In this document: piece after piece, positions 8,335 through 14,670 of the stretch | Numbering within the stretch: position 1 is the stretch's first letter | Layout of the letters: every line of letters begins with the position of its first letter | Assembly: GCA_036170915.1 (NCBI GenBank) | Contig: JAVHQC010000013.1 | Coordinates: 67,246-81,915, forward strand | From: Cyanobacteria bacterium auto_48_18 | Lineage (GTDB): Bacteria > Cyanobacteriota > Vampirovibrionia > Obscuribacterales > Obscuribacteraceae | Length of the DNA stretch: 14,670 bases | Reading direction: 5' to 3' | Made by a program: the position numbers and the translations under genes | The notes under the pieces: model-generated | Told to the model about the DNA's origin: nothing | What the model saw: the letters and a program-made list of their open reading frames with translations, nothing else | Databases searched by the model: none

Positions 8335-11300
8335 ATGCATCAACCTAAATCAGCATCCGTACCTGATCTGTCCCAATCTCAGTGTGCCGAAGAGAAAATA
8401 CACATTCCTGGTGCTATCCAACCTCATGGCGTTCTTATCGCTGTCATTGAGCTAACCCTGTCGATTGTTCAAGTAAGCGAATCTGCATTCACCATATTTG
8501 GTATCGCATCCCAAGACTTGATTGGCCAACCGCTCAAGTCACTCATCGGTAGCGAGCAGGAAGCTGAGCTATCGCGACGGCTTTTATCCGACATAGTTCT
8601 CCTGAATCCGCTGCGTCTCGCTGTTAACTGCAAGAGTGGTAAAACTGAGTTTGAGGCAGTGGCTCATCGATCGGATGGTCTTCTCATTATTGAGTTTGAA
8701 GAAGCCGCATGTCTTCAGCCAGAACAATCTCTTGATTTTTTCCGTACAAGTAACAAGGCAATCGCGCAAGTACTGGCGTGCACCAGCCGACAACAGCTGC
8801 TTAAATCAGTTGCAGATTTTGTGCGCACGTTGACCGGTTTCGACCGCATTATGATCTATTTGTTTGACACAGAGTGGAATGGAACAGTATTGGCCGAAAG
8901 CAAAGCAGCTGAAGCAAAAAGTTATCTCGGCTTGAAGTTTCCCGCTGGTGACATTCCCGCTCAGGCACGGGAGCTTTATAAGCGTAATCGCTTGCGGCTA
9001 CTGGTAGATGTTAATGCTGTGCCCTCGCCTTTGCATCCTTCTAACAACCCGCTCACTTCTTCAGCACTCGACCTGAGCGGATCGATTTTGCGGGCAATGT
9101 CGCCTGTGCATGTCGAGTATTTAAAAAACATGGAAGTGGCTGCATCGATGTCACTTTCATTAATCAGCAATGGTGAGTTGCGAGGACTGATCGCCTGTCA
9201 TCACACTAGTGCCAAATTTGTAGATTATCGCGTCAGGCAGGCTTGCGATTTCCTCGCCCAATTGGTCTCTCTGCAAATCGCTGCCATAGAAGAGCGCGAA
9301 ACATTTAAGAAATTAGCAGAGCTCAAAGACGCGCGCAATGACTTGCTTTTGCATGTTTCTGACCAGGTCGATTTACCTCTGGCAATCGCCGGCTCTGGCA
9401 GGCTATTGCAAATAGTTGGGGCCAGAGGTGCGGCGGTGGTTTGGAATGAGCGATGTTTTCTGGTTGGAAAAACTCCAGATCAGCGACAAATCGCGGGGCT
9501 CGTTGCCGACCTGGCAGATACTAGTTTACCGGTGTTCGTCAGTGACAACACATCAAAACACTTACCGTCTGCCCAATCTGTCGCAAGTTCTGCAAGCGGC
9601 ATGCTGGCGATTCGCATAGCGACAAGCGGTTCAAAATGGTTGTTATGGTTTCGTCCAGAACAATTAGATGAAGTGAGTTGGGCCGGCAAACAGGAGGAAC
9701 CTGGCGACGCCGGAATGCATCTACATCCGCGCAAGTCTTTTGCGCTCTGGAAAGAAAGGGCGATCGGCAAGTCGGTGCCCTGGTTGAGCTGCGAAGTGCA
9801 AAGTGCTCTCGAATTGCGAACAGATATTTTGGAGATAACACTTTCGATTTTAGAGAAAAAGCGTGCCACTGATTTAGAAAGACAAGTTAAAGAATCAGAT
9901 TTACTTTCACAAGAACTGCTTCTGGCGCGCGATGCGGCTCGGCAAGCGTCGCAACAAAAAACTGAAATGGTCTCGGTGGTGAGTCATGACTTGAGAGCGC
10001 CGCTGACTTCCATCAGAGGGGCGCTGTCTCTTCTCGACAGCGGTGTCTGTGATGCGCCTGAGGCTGCGGAGCTTGTAACGATAGCCTTCACCAGCTGTGA
10101 CTATTTACTTAATTTGATTAACAATCTGTTGAATCTCGACACCATCGAGTCTGGCGGCATTACCATTGAAAAACTCGAAATTTCTACTAGCAAACTAATT
10201 GACGACGCCTTTCAACTTGTTCGCGCCTCTGCCGAATCACAGGGCATTACGCTAGTAGCAGAAGTTGAATCAGTGACAGTCATAGCAGACAAAGAGCGAT
10301 TACTCCAAGTTCTTGTTAATTTGATCTCCAACGCTATTAAGTTCTCACCTGCACAATCACAAATTGTTGTGTCCGGTCAATCAAGCCGTGCAGGCACCAC
10401 CATTAGGGTCACAGATCATGGCCGCGGAATTCCTCTCGAGTTCAGACAGTCAATTTTTGAAAAGTTTAAACAGGTTGAGGACTCGGACCGCAGCCAGAAG
10501 GGAGGCGCCGGTTTAGGACTTGCAATTTGTAAAACTATTGTCGAGGCGCATGGTGGTTCTATCGGAGTCGAGAGCGAAGTGGACAAGGGCAGTACGTTCT
10601 GGTTCACTTTACCAACCGACGAGTTTTTAAGTATCAGTGGTGAAGCTGCCGCATCTTCTGATGAGAGTAGTTTACGTGCTAAATTGGCGGTTTCCGAACA
10701 GACGCTTTCTGAACGCACTCGTGAGCGCGACGACTTCGAACTGAGGCTCATAGAGAGTGATCGCGAACTGGCAGCTGTCCACTCGGAATTTGCTGAAACT
10801 ACCCGCAAGCGCGCTGCCAATTTGGCAATGCTGGCAGTAAATGTATCGCCGGTAGATACTGAACTGAATGAGAGCAGTGAAAGTTTAACTGAACCTACAG
10901 AAAATCATGCACTATCGAAGCCTGAGCTGAAAGCTATTCTGCATGAGCGGGCATGCTTTGTGGCCGCTTTTAATGATTTTAGAGACCCTATTACAAGTGC
11001 CACTCAGTTGTTGGAATATATTGCCGCCGGAAAAGTCTCACGAAAACGGCAGGCCGAAATATTGACGCAGATAATTGAGGCAAATAAGAGCATGCTCTCT
11101 GGAGCTGATCATTTAGCAGAAGTCGCCTTAGAGTTGTCACTAAGGACACGCCAGTTGGCGGAACGAACAGAAGAACTTGCTGATTCTAATGCTGAATTAA
11201 AAGCCAGGATGCAACAGCGAGAAGATTTTGTGGCGGCCTTGACTCATGATTTGAAAAACCCGCTCATTGGCGCCACTAAAATTCTAGAGCTTATTGCTGC

Positions 11301-11745
11301 CGGGTCATTGCGTGAACGGCAAGATGAGCAAGACAAGATCTTGAATCTAGTGATTGAATCAAACAAGAGCATGCTTCGAATGATATGGAACATGCTAGAT
11401 GTTTATCGGCAAGAATCGGGCTCTCTTATACCAGTCATTGAATCGGTTGATGTGTCAGATCTCTTGAACCAGTGCTTACAAGAGTTTGCTTTCAGCATCC
11501 AAGATAAAAAACTGAAACTAATTCTTGATACATCTGCTGAACTTCCGTCGATTCAGACCGACAGAATTTTGTTACGAAGAGTTTTGTCTAATTTATTAGA
11601 CAACGCTGTGAAGTTTTCGCCGAAAGGTGGTGAACTGACTGTAGGCGGTACTTTTAATGAAGAACAGTTGCTCATATCTGTTAAGGACGCTGGACCAGGC
11701 ATGTCAGAAACGCAAATGGAACAAATATCTCAGCGTTTCTGGTAA
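8335..11745 (+). CDS. bphP: Bacteriophytochrome histidine kinase (PAS-GAF-PHY-HisKA-HATPase) extended by a second, truncated kinase module
   Basis: N-terminal Cys17 in CAEEKIHIPGAIQPHG; GAF motifs GFDRIMIY, FPAGDIPAQARELY and SPVHVEYLKNM; PHY motifs WFRPE, WAG and HPRKSF. First kinase: SHDLRAPL (H551), NAIKFS, DHGRGI, GAGLGL. Second kinase: THDLKNPL (H971), NAVKFS, DAGPGM. GAGG RBS at 8327-8330. Confidence 0.93.
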   Translation: MHQPKSASVPDLSQSQCAEEKIHIPGAIQPHGVLIAVIELTLSIVQVSESAFTIFGIASQDLIGQPLKSLIGSEQEAELSRRLLSDIVLLNPLRLAVNCKSGKTEFEAVAHRSDGLLIIEFEEAACLQPEQSLDFFRTSNKAIAQVLACTSRQQLLKSVADFVRTLTGFDRIMIYLFDTEWNGTVLAESKAAEAKSYLGLKFPAGDIPAQARELYKRNRLRLLVDVNAVPSPLHPSNNPLTSSALDLSGSILRAMSPVHVEYLKNMEVAASMSLSLISNGELRGLIACHHTSAKFVDYRVRQACDFLAQLVSLQIAAIEERETFKKLAELKDARNDLLLHVSDQVDLPLAIAGSGRLLQIVGARGAAVVWNERCFLVGKTPDQRQIAGLVADLADTSLPVFVSDNTSKHLPSAQSVASSASGMLAIRIATSGSKWLLWFRPEQLDEVSWAGKQEEPGDAGMHLHPRKSFALWKERAIGKSVPWLSCEVQSALELRTDILEITLSILEKKRATDLERQVKESDLLSQELLLARDAARQASQQKTEMVSVVSHDLRAPLTSIRGALSLLDSGVCDAPEAAELVTIAFTSCDYLLNLINNLLNLDTIESGGITIEKLEISTSKLIDDAFQLVRASAESQGITLVAEVESVTVIADKERLLQVLVNLISNAIKFSPAQSQIVVSGQSSRAGTTIRVTDHGRGIPLEFRQSIFEKFKQVEDSDRSQKGGAGLGLAICKTIVEAHGGSIGVESEVDKGSTFWFTLPTDEFLSISGEAAASSDESSLRAKLAVSEQTLSERTRERDDFELRLIESDRELAAVHSEFAETTRKRAANLAMLAVNVSPVDTELNESSESLTEPTENHALSKPELKAILHERACFVAAFNDFRDPITSATQLLEYIAAGKVSRKRQAEILTQIIEANKSMLSGADHLAEVALELSLRTRQLAERTEELADSNAELKARMQQREDFVAALTHDLKNPLIGATKILELIAAGSLRERQDEQDKILNLVIESNKSMLRMIWNMLDVYRQESGSLIPVIESVDVSDLLNQCLQEFAFSIQDKKLKLILDTSAELPSIQTDRILLRRVLSNLLDNAVKFSPKGGELTVGGTFNEEQLLISVKDAGPGMSETQMEQISQRFW

Positions 11746-11907
11746 ACAAAACACGGTCGAGAGAAAGGTATAGGCACAGGTTTGGGCTTGTTTTCGTCGA
11801 AAACTATTATGGCCGCACTTGGTGGCCGAATAGAGTGCGCGAGCACCGAGAATGGTGGCACTACATTCACTGTCATCATGCAATTAAATACACTGCTCAA
11901 TGGCTGA
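11746..11907 (+). pseudogene. In-frame C-terminal remnant of the second HATPase domain, lying beyond a premature TAA
   Basis: Reading on in frame past TAA 11743-11745 gives TKHGREKGIGTGLGLFSSKTIMAALGGRIECASTENGGTTFTVIMQLNTLLNG* (53 aa), which contains the G2 box GTGLGL and the GTTF strand. Confidence 0.9.
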
Positions 11908-12014
11908 ATGTAAAAATCCGGGAATTTGCAAAGTTAGTAACTATAATTTGATTATGACGGTCGACTTTGAATCGTCTCGAACTTCTTTGTGTTTCATTTC
12001 TGAGGTTTTAGTTA

Positions 12015-12809
12015 GTGCGCATTTTAGGTGTTGATTTGGCCTGGGGTGAAGGCACTGCAAACAAGCAACCCAATGAAACTGGCGTAATAGCAATTGAAAG
12101 CAATGGAAAAATTCTTGATGCCGGTTGGACCACCGGAGTCGATGCGACATTCAATTGGATAAATAAGTGGAGCGGTTCCGACGCCCTGGCAATGATTGAT
12201 GCACCATTGGTAGTGAATAACGACAGCGGTCAGCGCTTGTGTGAAAAACAAGTTGGACAAAGATATTATCCATGGAAAATAGCGGCAAACAGTTCGAATC
12301 GAAACTTAAAATGCCTGGCTGGTGTAAGTCTAAGAGAACGTCTTGAGAGAGAAAATTCTTGGAGTTATGACACCGGCCACAGTGGCCCTCCATCAGACGG
12401 TCTTCATTTATACGAAGTTTATCCCTATACAACCATTGTGGGCATCGAAGAGCTAAATTACGGTGTTCGGCCAGTGTACAAACGCAAGCCAAAAAAGATG
12501 GATGTCGCCGATTTTAAGCTGGTCAGAGGAGCCGCCTGTCAGTTGTTACTGCGTCAATTTTCTGAGCTAAAAATTGGCAACGCAAAAATAGACTTTAACT
12601 CTCATCAGACAACTCGCGAGTTATTGAATTACAGCGATTTTTCAACCTTGAGCGCTAAAGAATATAAGCATAGAGAAGATCTCATTGACGCTATTATTTG
12701 CGCCTGGACAGGTCTGCTTTGGATGAATTTTGGATTTGATCGCTGCCAGGTATTGGGCGATGCAGAAGCTACAATAATTGCACCGGCCAGACCCTCACCG
12801 CGACGGTGA
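12015..12809 (+). CDS. DUF429 family predicted nuclease (RNase H fold)
   Basis: Motifs ILGVDLAW, IDAPL, R.CE, EVYP and EDLIDAIICA are typical of DUF429/COG4328. GTG start with GAGG at 12002-12005. Confidence 0.85.
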   Translation: MRILGVDLAWGEGTANKQPNETGVIAIESNGKILDAGWTTGVDATFNWINKWSGSDALAMIDAPLVVNNDSGQRLCEKQVGQRYYPWKIAANSSNRNLKCLAGVSLRERLERENSWSYDTGHSGPPSDGLHLYEVYPYTTIVGIEELNYGVRPVYKRKPKKMDVADFKLVRGAACQLLLRQFSELKIGNAKIDFNSHQTTRELLNYSDFSTLSAKEYKHREDLIDAIICAWTGLLWMNFGFDRCQVLGDAEATIIAPARPSPRR

Positions 12810-12858
12810 TTTCCCTTTTCTTCTTGTTCAAAGAGCTGGGCATCGCATAAAAGGCCTT

Positions 12859-12989
12859 TAGTTGCCTAAACGATACTTAGTTGCCTTAAATGTCGCATAG
12901 TTGCCTAAATTGACAAAATAGTTGCCTAGTGTGTGCATTCTTGCCTAAATAGGGTATATGATTGCCTAGAGTGGCATATTTTTGCCGAC
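12859..12989 (+). repeat. Seven phased direct repeats (consensus TAGTTGCCTA, 19-21 bp period) upstream of the HTH-Fic gene; iteron- or operator-like array
   Basis: TTGCC cores at 12862, 12881, 12901, 12922, 12941, 12962 and 12982 (periods 19, 20, 21, 19, 21, 20). The first four are TAGTTGCCT and the last three degenerate towards the gene. A perfect TTGACA lies within the array at 12910-12915. Confidence 0.9.
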
Positions 12990-13022
12990 AGATTAACTGA
13001 AGCTCTATAGGATAGGCTGATT

Positions 13023-14393
13023 GTGGCTAGGCAGATACCAGAAGAAGATCTGGAAGGTATTGAGGCGATACTCAAGGCTCATCCTGCTGGGGCCGACCTA
13101 AAGTTTATAAGCGCTGCCATGGGAGGCAATATCCCACACCGGACGCTGCAATATCGCTTGCGCTATCTTGCCGAGCGGGGAAGAGTCGTCACTGAAGGCC
13201 GACTTCGTGGCATGAAATATCTTCCGGCATCCGCTGTCGATACGGCGACAGAAGCAGAATCGTTGGCATTGTCGCGGGCCGCTCACGACATTCAGAAAAA
13301 TGTTTCGCGTCCCGTACTTTCACGGAAGATTGTTGGCTACAACAGGGACTTTTTGGATTCTTATAGACCGAACAAAAGTGCGTATTTTTCGGAAGCTGAG
13401 CGCAGACGACTTCATGAAATTGGATCAGTGCAAACTGGACACCTGCCGGCAGGCACATATGCGCGAAACATTTTGGATCGATTACTCATTGATCTTTCAT
13501 GGAATTCAAGCCGCTTAGAAGGCAGTACTTACAGCATTCTGGACACTAGACGATTGATCGCCTTCGGCAAGGAGGCACAGGGAAAAGATCGTGTTGAAGC
13601 GCAGATGATTCTGAACCACAAGGATGCAATTGAATTCCTTGTTGATAACGCTGACGAGATCGGATTCAACCGGTCTACCGTTCGGAACTTGCACGGTGTT
13701 TTGGCAAACAACCTTTTGCCGGATCCGCAAGCGGCTGGCCGTCTTCGTCAAATCGAGGTCGAAATCGGGCAATCTACCTTTCAACCGCTTGTGGTGCCAC
13801 AGCTTATCGAAGAATGTTTCAACCAAATTTTAGATACAGCAATGGCTATCTCTGATCCTTTTGAGCAGTCGTTCTTTGTCATGGTTCATTTGCCTTACCT
13901 TCAGCCCTTCGAGGACGTGAACAAACGAGTTTCACGCCTGGCAGCCAACATTCCACTAATTAAGGCTAATCTAATTCCGCTTACGTTCGTTGATGTGCCA
14001 AAAGACCAATACGTGCAGGCAATTCTTGGGGTATACGAGCTGAACAAAGTAGAACTACTCAGAGACATTTATCTCTGGGCTTATAAGCGCTCAGCTGAAC
14101 GCTATGCCGCAGTTCGCCAGTCACTCGGAGAACCCGATCCGTTTCGTCTCAAGCATCGAAATGCCCTGCGCGAAGTCGTCCGCACTATCGTAAAAGAGCA
14201 GTTCGATCGCCCAACAGCTTTCAGATATTTAGAGACATGGACAATAGAAAACTTAGTAGAAGACGACCGCGATGAGTTCCAACGCGTCGCTGAAGATGAG
14301 ATTCTGGCTCTACATGAAGGTAATTTTGCTCGCTATCAAGTGCGCTCTTCGGAGTTTGAGGCATGGCAAAAAGTATGGGAGCGGAAATCGTAG
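13023..14393 (+). CDS. Fic-family protein with N-terminal winged-HTH and a non-canonical active site
   Basis: N-terminal wHTH-like segment (IPHRTLQYRLRYLAERGRV...G..RGMKY), inhibitory motif SSRLEG (13506-13523), AGRLRQ, and Fic-loop variant QPFEDVNKRVSR (13902-13937). GTG start. Confidence 0.88.
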   Translation: MARQIPEEDLEGIEAILKAHPAGADLKFISAAMGGNIPHRTLQYRLRYLAERGRVVTEGRLRGMKYLPASAVDTATEAESLALSRAAHDIQKNVSRPVLSRKIVGYNRDFLDSYRPNKSAYFSEAERRRLHEIGSVQTGHLPAGTYARNILDRLLIDLSWNSSRLEGSTYSILDTRRLIAFGKEAQGKDRVEAQMILNHKDAIEFLVDNADEIGFNRSTVRNLHGVLANNLLPDPQAAGRLRQIEVEIGQSTFQPLVVPQLIEECFNQILDTAMAISDPFEQSFFVMVHLPYLQPFEDVNKRVSRLAANIPLIKANLIPLTFVDVPKDQYVQAILGVYELNKVELLRDIYLWAYKRSAERYAAVRQSLGEPDPFRLKHRNALREVVRTIVKEQFDRPTAFRYLETWTIENLVEDDRDEFQRVAEDEILALHEGNFARYQVRSSEFEAWQKVWERKS

Positions 14394-14546
14394 AGTCGAC
14401 TTCTCACCATGGTGTTTGCGCGCAGTTATTACCGCTGTGGAGCTCAAGATTCTCGTGCCAATATAGTGCTACCCTAAAAACAGCGCCGATTTGAGAACAT
14501 CTCAGCTTGCAGGCGCTTTATAAATTTAGCTAAAGCGAGGACCACC

Positions 14547-14670
14547 ATGCAACCACCAGCTCATCGTCCACCCACGCCCGAACAACTCGAAGCCTGGCGA
14601 CTCACCAGCCTCGAACGTGTGCGTCCGGTCCTCCCCGTGGTAGCGGAAATTTCGGCATTTTGGTTTCATT
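14547..14670 (+). CDS. 5' part of a hypothetical protein running off the window (MQPPAHRPPTPEQLEAWRLTSLERVRPVLPVVAEISAFWFH...)
   Basis: GAGG RBS at 14537-14540, 6 nt before the ATG at 14547. The frame stays open to the window end. Too short to assign a function. Confidence 0.55.
   Translation, partial: MQPPAHRPPTPEQLEAWRLTSLERVRPVLPVVAEISAFWFH

Noticed and set aside
11743..11745. Alternative genetic code (TAA reassigned) as the explanation for the internal stop
   Set aside because: TAA terminates other genes in the window at sensible positions (563, 4392, 6518), and no other gene shows in-frame stops.
11942..11947. Perfect TATAAT upstream of the DUF429 gene
   Set aside because: A plausible -10 element, but there is no -35 at a proper spacing (TTGCAA is only 10 bp away), so it is not called as a promoter.
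12910..12962. TTGACA (12910) and TATGAT (12957) as one sigma70 promoter
   Set aside because: The two hexamers are 41 bp apart, and neither has a good partner at 16-18 bp, so the promoter position remains undetermined.
12859..12989. Repeat array as a CRISPR array or plasmid replication iterons
   Set aside because: Repeats (about 10 bp) and linkers (about 10 bp) are far too short for CRISPR, and no cas gene is present. No rep gene is seen in the window.
201..14466. Numerous 60-155 aa antisense or alternate-frame ORFs in the track (e.g. 6001-6468, 9480-9869, 10416-10820, 13515-13826)
   Set aside because: They lie largely or wholly within well-supported genes and show no motifs; treated as shadow ORFs.

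Overview
Bacterial accessory-type region of mid GC content with no rRNA, tRNA, CRISPR array, transposase or integrase that I can recognise. In order: an XRE/HipB-like antitoxin and HipA kinase pair with a palindromic operator; a stand-alone CheY-like receiver; a DUF6929/DUF6910-like protein; a saccharopine-dehydrogenase-like oxidoreductase; a small minus-strand orphan gene; a secreted DUF900 alpha/beta hydrolase; a 513-aa Fic protein (minus strand) whose N-terminal half looks AbiEi-like; a large bacteriophytochrome histidine kinase with two kinase modules, the second cut by an in-frame TAA; a DUF429 predicted RNase H-fold nuclease; a second, HTH-bearing Fic protein with a non-canonical active site; and the start of a further ORF at the right edge. 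The most striking unexplained structure is non-coding. Each Fic gene is directly preceded by its own phased direct-repeat array (7 x TTGCC at about 20 bp period; 4 x TAGTYTAT at about 24 bp period), and the divergent intergenic region 4865-5050 holds five consecutive inverted repeats. All family assignments come from motif recognition by eye; no searches were run.
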